Translations under genes and position numbers: made by a program
In this document: positions 1 through 14,264 of the stretch, piece by piece
Position numbering within the stretch: the first letter of the stretch is position 1
How the letters are laid out: every line of letters starts with the position of its first letter
Notes under the pieces: generated by a model
Seen by the model: the letters and a program-made list of their open reading frames with translations, nothing else
What the model was told of the DNA's origin: nothing
Database searches by the model: none
Assembly: GCA_964016885.1 (NCBI GenBank)
Contig: OZ024741.1
Span: forward strand, 69,254,001 to 69,318,000
DNA length: 64,000 nt
DNA from: Eledone cirrhosa
Lineage: Eukaryota
Direction of reading: 5' to 3'

Positions 1-2256
1 ACAACTACCATACCATTCTCAACCCCACTACTAGCACTACTACCACCACCACAACTACCATACCATTCTCAACCTCACTACTAACACCACCACCACAACT
101 ACCATACCATTCTCAACCCCACTACTAACACCACCACCACAACTACCATACCATTCTCAACCCCACTACTAACACCACCACCACAACTACCATACCATTC
201 TCAACCCCACTACTAACACCACCACCACAACTACCATACCATTCTCAACCCCACCACTAACACCACCACCACAACTACCATACCATTCTCAACCCCACCA
301 CTAGCACTACCACCACAACTACCATACCATTCTCAACCCCACTACTAACACCACCACCACAACTACCATACCATTCTCAACCCCACCACTAACACTACCA
401 CCACCACCACCACAACTACCATACCATTCTCAACCCCACCACTAGCACTACCACCACCACCACAACTACCATACCATTCTCAACCTCACTACTAACACTA
501 CCACCACCACCACAACTACCATACCATTCTCAACCCCACCACTAACACTACCACCACCACCACCACAACTACCATACCATTCTCAACCCCACCACTAGCA
601 CTACCACCACCACCACAACTACCATACCATTCTCAACCTCACTACTAACACTACCACCACCACCACAACTACCATACCATTCTCAACCCCACTACTAACA
701 CTACCACCACCACCACAACTACCATACCATTCTCAACCCCACCACTAACACTACCACCACCACCACCACAACTACCATACCATTCTCAACCCCACCACTA
801 ACACTACCACCACCACCACAACTACTATACCATTCTCACCCCCACCACTAGCACTTCCACCACCACCACAACTACCATACCATTCTCAACCTCACTACTA
901 ACACTACCACCACCACCACAACTACCATACCATTTTCAACCCCACCACTAACACTACCACCACCACCACCACAACTACCATACCATTCTCAACCCCACCA
1001 CTAACACTACCACCACCACCACAACTACTATACCATTCTCAACCCCACCACTAGCACTACCACCACCACCACAACTACCATACCATTCTCAACCCCACCA
1101 CTAACACTACCACCACCACCACAACTACCATACCATTCTCAACCTCACTACTAACACTACCACCACCACCACAACTACCATACCATTCTCAACCCCACTA
1201 CTAACACTACCACCACCACCACAACTACCATACCATTCTCAACCTCACTACTAACACTACCACCACCACCACAACTACCATACCATTCTCAACCCCACTA
1301 CTAACACTACCACCACCACCACAACTACCATACCATTCTCAACCCCACCACTAACACTACCACCACCACCACCACAACTACCATACCATTCTCAACCCCA
1401 CCACTAACACTACCACCACCACCACAACTACCATACCATTCTCAACCTCACTACTAACACTACCACCACCACCACAACTACCATACCATTCTCAACCCCA
1501 CTACTAACACTACCACCACCACCACAACTACCATACCATTCTCAACCCCACCACTAACACTACCACCACCACCACCACAACTACCATACCATTCTCAACC
1601 CCACTACTAACACTACCACCACCACCACAACTACCATACCATTCTCAACCCCACCACTAGCACTACCACCACCACCACAACTACTATACCATTCTCAACC
1701 TCACTACTAACACTACCACCACCACCACAACTACCATACCATTCTCAACCCCACTACTAACACTACCACCACCACCACAACTACCATACCATTCTCAACC
1801 CCACCACTAACACTACCACCACCACCACCACAACTACCATACCATTCTCAACCCCACTACTAACACTACCACCACCACAACTACCATACCATTCTCAACC
1901 CCACCACTAACACTACCACCACCACCACCACAACTACCATACCATTCTCAACCTCACTACTAACACTACCACCACCACCACAACTACCATACCATTCTCA
2001 ACCCCACTACTAACACTACCACCACCACCACAACTACCATACCATTCTCAACCCCACCACTAACACTACCACCACCACAACTACCATACCATTCTCAACC
2101 CCACCACTAGCACTACCACCACCACCACAACTACCATACCATTCTCAACCCCACCACTAACACTACCACCACCACCACAACTACCATACCATTCTCGACC
2201 CCACACTAACACTACCACCACCACCACAACTACCATACCATTCTCAACCCCTCCAC
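1..2256. repeat. Minisatellite array, ~42-51 bp unit (ACAACTACCATACCATTCTCAACCCCACYACTAACACT + variable (ACC)n)
   Basis: Unit repeats continuously from position 1; length varies with the number of ACC triplets; runs off the left edge. Confidence 0.97.
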
Positions 2257-2259
2257 TAT

Positions 2260-2420
2260 AATTGTTTCTACTATTGGCACAAGGCCAGCAATTACCAGTG
2301 CATTACTGGTACTTTATTTTATCGACCCCGTAAGGATGTAAGGCAGAGTTAAAGGCAGAGTTAAACCCACAGGTCAATTTCCCCTTTCATCCCTTTTTGA
2401 GTCTGATAAAAAAGTACCAA
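2260..2420 (-). mobile_element. tRNA-derived SINE family A, partial copy
   Basis: AATTGTTTCTACT..GGCACAAGGCCAGCAATTACC..TACTGGTACTTTATTTTATCGACCCCGTAAGGATG, reverse complement of the copies at 43321 and 45986. Confidence 0.8.
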
Positions 2421-2559
2421 TCTAGTATAGTTGACTCTCTCTCTCTCTCTCTCTCTCCCTCTCTCTCTCCCCCCTCTCTCTCTCTCCCTTTCTCTCTCCC
2501 TCTCCCTCTCTCTCTCAATCTTTCTCTCCTTCTCTTGGAGAAATCTGCTGTGTTCGACT

Positions 2560-3020
2560 AGGTGAGGGGATGGGCCCTATCAGGTTTAAAGTGCCCTAGA
2601 CGCCAATGTCATCATGGCACCCCTTCAACTTCTTCAAGAGTTACAGTTCCACACATAACACAGTCATCCTTCCAGCCACTATTCATCACTCTCACCAGAT
2701 ATCCTGTCATCACATCTTTTCCTACTGGCCATATCCATTCTTCCATATCCATCATCCATTCTGTCCATTCACAACCCACTACTTCATTCAATCTGTCAAA
2801 TCATGCCAACACACCATCATACCTTATCCATATAAATAGCCACCCAAATGTCTCCCTATACAAGTCTCTATTCCATGACTTCTTCATCTTATGATCCAGC
2901 CATCCATATGTATATCTAACTTTGTATTCTTGGTGTACATCTTGCAAACACATTGCCATGCCATCACACTGTTACTAGTTAGCTATCAATATATCACTGT
3001 CGATACATCCATTATATCCT
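2560..3020 (-). mobile_element. Heavily decayed RTE-like LINE fragment
   Basis: Patchy resemblance of the minus strand to the C-terminal RTE ORF region seen at 32-33 kb; no intact frame. Confidence 0.4.
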
Positions 3021-3162
3021 TAACCCTTTTGATACCAAACTGCCTGAAATCACTCCTGGTTTTACAATATACAACTGTTTATTTTAGAGTGTACCTATTT
3101 ATTTAATTAAAATAATTTCATGTAAGAACATTTATTAAATTATCCTCCAGACATCAGCTTAA

Positions 3163-3370
3163 CCCTTTAGCATTTAAACCAGCTGTACCTAGCTAGAATT
3201 CTCTCACCTCTTTCTGTTTAAACCGGCTGTAACTGGCCACTGATACTGATGTTAAGGTATTGTTTTCAAAATAAATGATATCAAAATCTCATAGATTCAA
3301 TATTATGTGAGATAAAGCCTTTACCACGAAAATATAATAGTAAATATAGAGTAATGTAAATGCTAGAGGG
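3163..3370. mobile_element. piggyBac-type MITE (~210 bp)
   Basis: TTAA|CCCTTTAGCATTTA ... TAAATGCTAGAGGG|TTAA: TIRs beginning CCC with TTAA on both sides. Confidence 0.85.
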
Positions 3371-3476
3371 TTAATAATGAGAAAGTTAGTTATATTACAT
3401 AATCCCTACAAATTCTTGCTTATTTTCAAAATTAATTGAAAATCATAGGCATTATATTTTGGATTGACCTAGGGCA

Positions 3477-3775
3477 GTGGATTGGCAGAATCGGTAGAGG
3501 GTCGGATGCCATGCTTTGTAGCATAGAGTTGCGAACCTTTATGATCTGAGTTCAAATCCCTCCGAGGTTAACTTTGCCTTTCACCCTTATGGGATCGATA
3601 AAATGAAGTACCAGTCACGCACTGGGGTCGGTTTAAATTGCTGGCCTTGTGCCTATATAAGAAACCATTATATTTCATTAACTCTGCCTTACATCCTTAT
3701 GGGATCGATAAAATAAAGTACCAGTAATGCACTGGAATAATTGCTGGCCTTGTGCCAAAAGTAGAAACAATTATA
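3477..3775 (+). mobile_element. SINE family A copy with duplicated 3' half
   Basis: A-box-like TGGCAGAATCGG, B-box GAGTTCAAATC, core GCCTTTCACCCTTATGGGATCGATAAAATGAAGTACCAG present twice. Confidence 0.8.
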
Positions 3776-4047
3776 TTTCATTAGAAAACTTAACTGTAAT
3801 AGCAGAATTGCTAGAGTTTCAGATGAAATACCCTTTGATATTTAACTCTGCCTCTTTAAATTCTGAGATCAGATTCTGTTGAGATCAACTTTGCAACATA
3901 AACATATGAATATGATGCAATCAGAATTCCCATTGCAAGTATATTTTCTGCGAATGTTTTCCAGTTTTCCTAATCATGCTAATTTATTTCTTACATAACC
4001 TTATTAGGTGCAGAATTTAAATCATGATGCAGTATTCTTTGCACACA

Positions 4048-4092
<45 letters not shown>

Positions 4093-4659
4093 TTCAATAG
4101 CATTTGTAATAAATATTGCCTGTACATGTAATAAAAATGTGATGCGTATACATTTTTGAGGACACCGTGTATATATATATATATATATGTGTGTGTGTGG
4201 AAAGTAGACATAAAATGCTGATGATGATATATTTATGTTCACATGAGCAAGCTCTTTGAAATTAATTTCTTTCAAAGCACTTTACAAATCCACATTTGCA
4301 GTTTTTAATCCCTATTTATTTCTCATAAACTAACTTATATAACTTTACACACTTGCAACACAAAATCTTATTGAGCTGTTTTATATTTTTAGGACTTCAT
4401 TACAACACAAACAAAACTATACATAGAATGGACATCCATCAGTTTCAACGATGAGTCTTCCAGTTGTATGATCATTGGAACAGTCAGACTGCTTATTAAA
4501 TTAACATCTAAATGACTGACCATTCCACAGACACGTGTACCTCTAACGTACTCCCGGGTCTCGAATAATGCCCCCCCCCCCCACTTATTAACTTTTCAGA
4601 TTTTTCCACCACCTCTGCCTTTATTCATAGGCATGCGTACATGTACATATATCTATACC

Positions 4660-5312
4660 TACACTAAACACACACACAATACTGTGCACATATGGGTATA
4701 CATTGATGTACATATAGTTATACATACACTAAACACATACACACATACTCACACACACACACTCATTGTGCACTATATATAGGTATACATTCATGTACAT
4801 ACAGTTATATATACACTAATCATACACACACTCACACTCACTCACTGTGAACATATATAAACATACATACATGTACACCTACACTAAAGACACACATACA
4901 CACACACTGTTCACATATATAGGCATGTGTACATGTACACATACACTAAACACTCATACACACACTGTGCACATACATACATGTACACATACACTAAACA
5001 CACACACACTGTTTACATATATAGGCATATATACATTAAACCTACACTAAAGACACACATACACACTGTGAATATATATAGACATACATACATGTATACC
5101 TGCACTAAACACACATACGCATACTGTGCACATACATATGTGTATACATACACTAAACACACACACTGAACATATATAAACAAACATACATGTATACCTA
5201 CACTAAACACACATACACACTGAGAACATATATAAACAAACATACATGTATACCTACACTAAACACACACATGCACACATACACTAAACACACACATACA
5301 CATACTGTGCAC
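4660..5312. repeat. Degenerate CA/TA-rich minisatellite
   Basis: Recurrent TACACTAAACACACACAC..ACTGTG motif. Confidence 0.8.
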
Positions 5313-5553
5313 AAATATTTGAATGTGAAGTCAATGGAACATTTTTCTTAATCATTTCTTTCAACAAGAAATAAAACGTGATGTAATGAGAAAACACAAA
5401 GACACACACACACACATTCGCACCATATGTACACACTCACACGTACACATATGTACACAAACTTTTGTTTCTTTTAATCAACATTTTATTTCAAAGTGTT
5501 ATTTATGAGAATGTAATAGATAAAAGGCCAAAATCATTATTGATGAATGCTTG

Positions 5554-5603
<50 letters not shown>

Positions 5604-6974
5604 ATGTATGTATGTATGTATGTTCTTCTGGTTTTATAATTTCACAAAGTTTTACCAATAGAGAGAGAGTCGGTTTCTAACATAGACACAAGACTCTCTC
5701 ATTGGAATTTACACAACATCAACTAGGTAGATATGTATGTATGCATGTATGTGTAGATATGGATGTTATTGTATGTGTGGATGTGGATGTTTTGAGTTGT
5801 ATGTGTGGATGTGTATATGCTTCGCATCTGTATATGTGTATATGCAGTTATTAGATGCAAATTTTTGGAATGTCTTACATATTTTTACTGTTCCATTAAT
5901 CGATTGTACTTGTAATTTCCTAACTAGTTGTGTTCTTTCTGTTCCTGTGAAGCCTAGCTTCTCAAGATTTGTATTGAGGCAGTTACTAACATATCCCAGT
6001 GCCCCTATGTATGTATGTATGTATGTATGTATGTATGTATGTATGTATCATCTTGGTTAAGAGAGTGGGACTGGCTTTGTGCAGTGCCTTTGCTCACTAT
6101 AAAAGCTTCACGGCACAGGCATTGCTTTATATCTGGAGATCTCTTTGCCCTTGTCATCACATGGTACCATGGGCCCAGCACTATGTGTCAATAATTGTCA
6201 CAAGTGTAGTGTTTGTACCAGAGTTTTCAAGTCGCTGGCTGGACTAAAAAGTAACACTCGTTCAGCGCATCGGTAGGGGTTCTCCTACATGGATATAAAG
6301 TAGTGGGCGTACTGGAAAACGAGTTGGCAGCCACCATGTATGTAGGTATGTAGGTATGTATGTATGTATTTCTAAACGTATAACAATTTCTTAGCCATAC
6401 TTGTAAACATCATACACACAAAATGGATCTTAAAATGGCTCTGAAGAATATAAATATATGAAGAATAGTGTGTGTATGTATATACGTATGAATGTGTGTG
6501 TATGTATGTGTGTATATATATGTGTGTGTATATATATATATGTGTGTGTGTATATATGTGTGTTCATGTATACATATATATATATGTGTGTGTATGTATG
6601 TATGTATATTTGTGTTTATGTATACAAATATATATCAGTATATATATATATATATTTCATGTGTTCACTCACATCCAGTATATATATAGTCTTGTACATC
6701 TATATCGAAATACACACATACCTGTGTGTGTATCATTTGTGGCTTTTTCATTTTCTTCCCTTCTTCACTCACCATTTCATTTTCTCTACTTTACCTCTCT
6801 GTCACATCTATGCACACATACATACAAACATGCGTGCAGGCATGTACACACGCTCACATGCACTTACACATGCAACGATTCTTTGAAATACTGAGAAACA
6901 AGGTGAAGATTTTTAGATATTCTAAGTGTAAAGTGTATTGTTAGAAAGATGTTAAAAGGTTTGTGTAGATGTTA

Positions 6975-7103
6975 ATCATCATCATCATCATTACCGTTTT
7001 ACGTCCGTTCTTCCACGCTAGCATGGGTTAGACGGGTTGTCCTGTTGTGTGCAGTGTCTGGTCGGCTGACCATGCCTTGCTCATACAGGAACTGATCTGG
7101 CTT
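6975..7103 (-). mobile_element. RTE family B 3' tail fragment
   Basis: (CAT)n + CCGTTTTACGTCCGTTCTTCCACGCTAGCATGGGTTAGACGGG, same as 51457-51600. Confidence 0.8.
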
Positions 7104-8489
7104 AATATAGTGTTAATATAGTGTTGAATTACTACTAACCAATCTGTCTTTGGTATTGGTCCCTGTTCATGTCAAGGTCAGCTAACTTTACTAAATTTAA
7201 TATTGAATCTGGCAAGAACCTCCCTAACCTTTTGATACTAAATTACTCCTGGTTCTGGGATACACAATTGTATGTTATTTATATAAATATAAAAATATAC
7301 TGAAGCGAAAACCAAACAGTGCGTTTTACTATACTTTTCTGGCAATATTATAACAGCATGACCCTCCCCAACTATAACAATATCTATTTCAACACATGAT
7401 TTCATAACAAAAACCTTGCAAAACAAATACATCACCATCAAATCCTTCCATTATAAATTTATGTAAGAAATTTTGTTAAACTATGTTCAAAATAACACCA
7501 TAATAATTATTTCTAACATTAACACTTAACACAAGGCCAGCAATTTTGTGATAGGGTAAAGTTGATCATATCAATCCCTGTACTTAACTAGTACCTTATT
7601 TTATTGACCCATAAGAATGAAAGGTTACGTTGACCTCAGAGATTTGAACTCAGAACATAAAATGTTGTAACTAAATACTGCAAAACATTTTGTCCAATAC
7701 TCTACCAATATTTCCAATCTACTGCCCTAAATACCAGCTTAATAATAAGAAAGTTATATTACTAAATCACTCTAAATTATTGATTTGAAACCATGTGCAG
7801 TGTCTTTTATTAGAAATATGGTAACAACGGGTTATCTTAGAAAATGTGTCTTTAGTAAAGCTCTTCCATTATAAAGGTATGTAGTTTCATTTGTTTGTTT
7901 TGTGATTCAAAAGAGTAGCTAGCTGTGTATTTGATGTTCTGAAAGCATGTCTAATATGTGATACTAAACACTAATCCATAATACTAGTTTCTGATTTAGG
8001 CACAAGGCCAACAACTTGAAGGGAAAGGGAGGAAAGTCAGTTAAATTTACCCCAGTGCATTACTGGTGCTTTATTTTATCAACCCTCATAAGGATGAAAG
8101 ACAAAGCTAACACTGGCAAGATTTGAACTCAGAATGTAAAGCAATGTAACTACATGTCACAAAGCATGTGGTCTGGCGCTCTAATGAATCTGCCAATCCA
8201 CCACCATTTATCCATAATACTAAAATTGAACATGTATGCATCTGGGTTTTTTTTTGTTCCTTGATTTTAGTAAAAAGAATCTACTGTACTGTAAAAAGTT
8301 TTCACTAATGTACTGTTAAGTCAAACTGTTTTCACTAAAATAACCTCTTGTACATCTTTGTCTGTAACTTTGAAAACTAAAGAATATTTTTATATATAAA
8401 TCAATAGACAAAAGTCATTTGCAGTCTTAATGAAACAGACAGAAAAAACATGTTCATGCACAAACAAACAGTACATAGTTAATCAAAAG

Positions 8490-8862
8490 ACACAGATATA
8501 ATATGAAACACACTCACAGACAGACATGTAATAGTGAATATGTGTAGAAATAGATACACAGAAAACAGTACATGGATATGTTCAGAAGATAGACATATTA
8601 TGAAACACACTCGCAGACACACATATGTAATAGTGAATATGTGTAGAAATAGATACACAGAAAACAGTACATGGATATGTTCAGAAGACAGACATATTAT
8701 GAAACACACTCGCAGACACACATATGTAATAGTGAATATGTGTAGAAATAGATACACAGAAAACACAAACAGTGCATAGACATATTCACAAAACACAGAC
8801 ATATAATGAAACACACTCTCACAAACACACATGTAATAGTAAATATGTGTAGAAATAGGTAC
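8490..8862. repeat. 99-bp tandem repeat, ~3.5 copies
   Basis: ATAGTGAATATGTGTAGAAATAG at 8531, 8630, 8729 (period 99). Confidence 0.9.
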
Positions 8863-8970
8863 ACTTAGAAAACATGAAACTTAGATAGAAATTAATGTAA
8901 TTAAGATAACGACAAGCAAGCCTCTACACAGTCAGCTGACCTGTTAGAAATACCAGCCAGATTCACTTAA

Positions 8971-9510
8971 CCCTTTAGCATTTACATTACTCTATATGTA
9001 CTATTGTATTTTTGTCGTAATGGCTTTATATTATGTAGTTCATCATTTCATTTTACGTCCGCTTTTCCCTGCTTGCAAGGGTGGGACAGGAACTGATTCT
9101 GGCTTGATTTCTACAGCTGGATGCCCTTCCTAACACCAACCTCATTTACAGTGAGTGCTGGGTGCTTTTTTGCTGTGGCACCTCCACGACCACTTTGCAG
9201 TGGAATGATATGGACCCCAGTCCCTATCATCTCATTTCTACAGCTGAGTAAACTGGAGCAATGTGAAATAAAGTGTCTTGCTCAAGGAAACAACACATCA
9301 CCCGGTCTGAGAATTGAACTCACAACCTTTCGATTGCAAGGCCAATGCTCTAACCACTAAGCCATGTGCCTCCATCTCACATAATACCGAATCTACGAGA
9401 TTTTGAGAACAATATCTTAATGTCAGTATGAGTGGGCAGTTACAGCCAGTTAGAACAGAAAGAGATGAGAGAATACTGGCTGGATATGGCCAGTTTAAAT
9501 GCTAAAAGAG
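8971..9510. mobile_element. piggyBac-type MITE interrupted by a SINE
   Basis: TTAA|CCCTTTAGCATTTA at 8971 and TAAATGCTAAAAGAG|TTAA ending 9510; SINE B nested inside. Confidence 0.8.
9040..9374 (-). mobile_element. tRNA-derived SINE family B, full length
   Basis: Reverse complement of the 24608-24952 copy: tRNA-like head, CCTTGAGCAAGACACTTT core, RTE-type tail. Confidence 0.9.
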
Positions 9511-9919
9511 TTAAATCACACCTTTCCAAACAAAAAGAAACAAACAAAACCTGACAGATTAACCAATATAATTGATTAATGCAATCCTATATACAAATAT
9601 ATGTAAGGATCACAGTTGCAATGTCTGTAGTAAGATGTCTACTCAATCAGAATAATTATTGAACTAGTGAGGAAGCCTGTGTGCTATTGGTTGAGATGTT
9701 TGAAATAGTCAGTTCTTTCTCAAATAACACACCCTACAATCATAGTATTTACATTACTCTATATATACTATTATATTTTCATGAGGCTTTACCTCACATA
9801 CTTATCTCACATTATATCGAATCTATGAGTTTTTGATATTATTTATTTTGAGAACAATACCTTACATACCTTACAGCTGGTTTGAACAGAAAGAGGTGAG
9901 TGAATTCTGGCCAGATATC

Positions 9920-10085
9920 TATCTAAGGCGGGTAAAATTCTCGAGATCCATGGACGAGTTCTCTCCAGCAGTCTCTGTCCTCATTATCGCTGCCATGTCC
10001 TGCGTCTCCAAAAGACCAGTGTCTGTCCTTAGGGCATCAACATACATTAACCTTGGTCTTCCTCTTCCAGTATGTCCATGTAGGG
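9920..10085 (-). mobile_element. 3' end fragment of a LINE ORF (RTE-like) inserted in a piggyBac-type MITE
   Basis: HGHTGRGRPRLMYVDALRTDTG..M..(DR..WR) motif typical of LINE C-termini; flanked by MITE sequence at 9748-9918 and 10086-10100. Confidence 0.65.
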
Positions 10086-10399
10086 ACCGGTTTAAATGCT
10101 TAAGAATTAAACAGGAATGACACATAGGATAATGTACCTATGTTTATCATAAGGCCTGGTTTGGTTGGAACAGTTCTGGTTGACACTGAATTGTCTTAGA
10201 ATATATCAAATGAAAAGGCATAATCTCCAAGAAAGAAAAAATGGGAAATTTTAAAATCATAAAAATAATTTTTTATAATTTCATTTTGTTTCATCGTTTG
10301 TCTACATCAAAATCGTGGTGTACAAGTTTCATATAGTTTTAAAAGCCTGTCTAGAATATTAAATTTCTCAGAATTTTTTTGCTTTTTTAATTTGATATA

Positions 10400-11142
10400 T
10401 TGTATATACTCAAACATAAGTTGTCACAAATATGACGACTCTCCATTTTTTTGTCTGAGATATGGTAAAAAATCCAAACCCTGTATATAAGCTGAGGCAG
10501 CTAATCAACTCATTATGTTTAGATGGCATTTATGAAGTTTTAATATATTGCTGTTTAAAATTTTTTAAGTGTTTAGAATATAGTTTTTGTTTCACAACTC
10601 CATTACATAATGTTTTTTTTTACCATTTCATCCATTTTCTTAAGTTTCAACAAGTTTCTCAAATTTTCGTTTGCTTCTGGCCATTTACATGTTGGAAGTA
10701 CTTTGAAAACAAGAGATCAAATTAGAGAACTTGGTATAGGGATTCATAGAGTAGGAGGAGAGAGAGTGAGAGCAATAAAATACAAGGCAGAAGTAAGATT
10801 TCAACCATACATAATATTGAAAGAAAAAGTATTAAGTTAGAGAAAAACAGTCAGCTCACATGTGTGTGTGCATGGGATATGTATGTATTAAAAAGTCCAA
10901 ATTATAGAACTTTGTTTGAAATATTTTCAAGGGAATGTATAAATAAAATTAATAAAGGTGTAGTAAATATAGAAAAACATTATTTCATTGTAAAATAATC
11001 TCTCCAGATATTTTAGCACCTTATTTATGTAGAATTTAAAGTTGGGGAAAATCAGCAAAATATTGACTTTGAATATAAGCTGACCCTCATTTTACCCATC
11101 GATTTTGTTTTTTGTCACATATTTCTCGGCTTATATATGGTA
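10400..11142. mobile_element. Decayed pogo/Tigger-like non-autonomous DNA element
   Basis: Ends TGTATATACTCAAACATAAG / CTCGGCTTATATATGGTA; interior is an inverted homolog of 59935-60427. Confidence 0.55.
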
Positions 11143-11814
11143 AATGAAACATTTAAAAAAATTTTTTTTTTTTTTCCATCGATATTTTACATACACTTTT
11201 TAGAAAGTGATTTGATATATACTGATGTTAGGTTAAATTTTTTAATTTTCATTATTAAAAACTTTTTTAATGATTTAGGAAATACTCAGTCAATCGAAGT
11301 ATTTTATGAGTAAAATAATTTAGGAAGATAATTGTTAATTTGATTGATTTAGAATAAAGATTATGAGATAATTAGAAAATATGTTTGCTTTTTGAATGTT
11401 GCCGCAATGCAGATGGAAAATAATAGTTGAATAAATCAACTTATTCAACTTTTTTTTTTATTTATTTTTTTATTTATTATTCATTTATATTGTTATAGCT
11501 TTCAAAATGTAAAGCTCTTTTCTAATTTTAAAATTTACTCCATGCTTCCTAAATAAATCAATGTTGGATTATATGATATTTAGAACATTCAAATTATTGT
11601 AATGGTTAAATTGAAAATTTTGTGTGTTATAGAAATTGTTGTGCTTTGAAATTCATCAAAGGAATGTGTCAGATTTCTGTTGAATGTTTGTAAATATCTT
11701 TGTATGATACTGTATATAGATATCCATTTAGTTTGATAGTAAATATATTTTTTATTCACGTTTTCAATTTAAATTCGTATTACTCATTCTTAGAATTAAA
11801 TATAGTTTGTAATG

Positions 11815-12298
11815 TTGCCATGACAAAAAGCTCTGTCTACACTGTAAAGTGGTCATGTTTGTGCCATGACGAAAAACGCCCAGTCAACACTGTAAAGTGG
11901 TTGTGTTGGTGACATGACAAAAAGTGCCAGTTCAAACAGTAAAGTGGTCGTGTTGGTGACACCACACAAAGCACTCAGTCCACTCTATAAAATGTTTGTG
12001 TTGGTGTCACGCCAAAAAGCACTCAATCGACTCTATAAAGTGGTCATGTTGGTGACATGTTTAAAAGCACCCAGTCCACACTGTAAGGTGGTCATTTCGG
12101 TGTCACAATAAAAAGCGCCCAGTACACACAGTAAATGTGGTCAGCATTAGGAAGTTCATCCAGCTGTAGAAACTAAGCCAGAAACAGTTCTGTATGAGCA
12201 AGACATGGTCACCCAACCTGACTCATCTTAAATGGGACAACTTGTCTAACCCATGCCAAAGTGGAAAAATAGATGTTAAATAGTGATGGTGATGATGT
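11815..12298 (+). mobile_element. Old RTE-associated UTR/tail element with internal ~48-bp unit array
   Basis: About 7 copies of AAAAAGCACCCAGTCCACACTGTAAAGTGGTC-like unit followed by TTAGGAAG..CATCCAGCTGTAGAAA and (GAT)n tail. Confidence 0.75.
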
Positions 12299-12583
12299 AA
12301 TATATTATACTTTTGTAATTGATAAAATGTTTTTAACTGGAGTAAATTATTTTTTGTGTTTCATTAAATATCTTTATAAATTGTTCTAATCATTATAAAT
12401 TTTTAAGAACTCCTTTACCTAATACCAGGCAGGTTATAGAATATATTTTTGGTTTACTGGACACTTCTGCTCTTGTTAAAAAGGTATTTTCAATCATGAT
12501 GAATATTTGATCTCAAGAAATAGGTCTAATTATTGAATTAATTAACAGTAAAAGGACTTGCATTTTAACACTTAATATCATAA

Positions 12584-12740
12584 TTTTTTACTAAAGAAAT
12601 TTTAGCCTTATAGTGGGGTTTAGAACCCTCTCAGAAGTGGAAAAAATGAGTATTGACGTATATACGTCAATACTCATCTTTTTCCATTTCTGAGAGGGTT
12701 CTAAACCCCACTATAAGGCTAAAATTTCTTTAGTAAAAAA
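12584..12740. repeat. Near-perfect ~155 bp palindrome (fold-back)
   Basis: TTTTTACTAAAGAAATTTTAGCCTTATAGTGGGGTTTAGAACCCTCTCAGAA..ATGAGTATTGACGTA|TA|TACGTCAATACTCAT..TTCTGAGAGGGTTCTAAACCCCACTATAAGGCTAAAATTTCTTTAGTAAAAA. Confidence 0.93.
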
Positions 12741-13248
12741 AAATATACGGCGAAAGCTTGTATTTTCTAATTTCAAACTCACTCGCTTTTTCAAAACATA
12801 CTTACTTGTCACTTAACTTCATGTAATGATTTCACAGAAAATATTTAAAAACGAGTTGGTTAACTCAAATGTTTACTAGTGGAAAAATTGTTGTGAACAT
12901 TTGCAGTAAACTAAAATAAAGACCTTAATTTTTAATGTGGTACAATTATAGTGATGTTCTATACTTTTCAAGAAGGTCTTGGTAATGCACTTTCATACAA
13001 CATAGTACATTAACAGTATATACAATAGTAACTTGGGTTGCAGTAAGTTCTCTTTAATATTCTTATAAATATATCGTTGAGTTAATAACGATTTTCGTAA
13101 ACCTGTCCAACCCATCCTAGCGTGGAAGATGGACGTTAAACGATGATGATATATATATATATACCATCACTAATATGCCCACTCTGCAACATACTATGTA
13201 TCAAGTATTCTCTGATCAAGTATTCCCAGACAATCAATATATACATAC

Positions 13249-13286
<38 letters not shown>

Positions 13287-14019
13287 GATAATAATGGAGC
13301 TGCGGCGCTGCAAATGGGTTACATATGAAAAAGTTTGTCCTCATCAGTGGCCTTCCAACCGTCGTAGGCATTTCGTCGCATTAAATGTATAAATATGGAG
13401 AGGTGGGGATAAATATATAAAGGATGAAATGAAAGAGGCACTAGATGAGGATCAGTAAGAAGAGATATATAGCAGCTGGCTGTGACCTCTTGACATTGAA
13501 TTCTCCCTGGCAAATCTAAACATAGATGAGGTAGATGGCTTACATAGAGGAAGTGAAGAATATAGCAGAAGCCCCACATTGGTATGTATGTGTATGTGCT
13601 TACATAGACATATACATGTGCACACACAGATATACACACTCACACACGTAGTCTTGCATTCTAATTATGGTGAGTGGGGAAAAACCTCAACGTCTGAAGC
13701 TATTCTCTTAACCCCTTTGATACCAACCTGGCCGGAACCCAGTTCTAATTCTAATTCACTTTAAAGAGTTTCTATTTAAATTATAATCTAACATAATTCT
13801 ATACAAGAACCATATGTTAAATTTACTCATCTCCTTCATTGAGGTAATCCTCTTAGCGTAACTTCCTTGGATTGTTTCAAGTTCTGTGGTTAGTTATGTG
13901 TGTGTGTTTTTATATGTATGTGTTTTTATATGTATATGTGTGTGCATATATGAATATATATGTGTGTATATATGTATGTGTGTATATATGTATGTGTGTA
14001 TATATGAATATATGAATAT

Positions 14020-14223
14020 AGCACTCACTGTAAATGAGGTTGGTAGCACTCACTGTAAATGAGGTTGGTGTTAGGAAGGGCATCCAGCCGTAGAAATCAA
14101 GCCAAATCAGTTCCTGTATGAGCAAGGCATGGTCAGCCGGCCAGACACTGCCCACAACAGGACAACCTGTCTAATCCATGCTAGCATGGAAGAACGGACA
14201 TAAAATGGTGATGATGATGATGA
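14020..14223 (+). mobile_element. RTE family B 3' UTR/tail fragment
   Basis: GCACTCACTGTAAATGAGGTTGGTGTTAGGAAGGGCATCC..CCATGCTAGCATGGAAGAACGGAC..(GAT)n. Confidence 0.8.
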
Positions 14224-14264
14224 ATATATGTATGTATGTATATATGAATATATACCGTATATAT

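Noticed and set aside
13335-13385. Minus-strand GAAA...CTGATGA arrangement suggesting a permuted hammerhead
   Set aside because: Stem II strands (GGAC vs CGAC) and stem I do not pair convincingly
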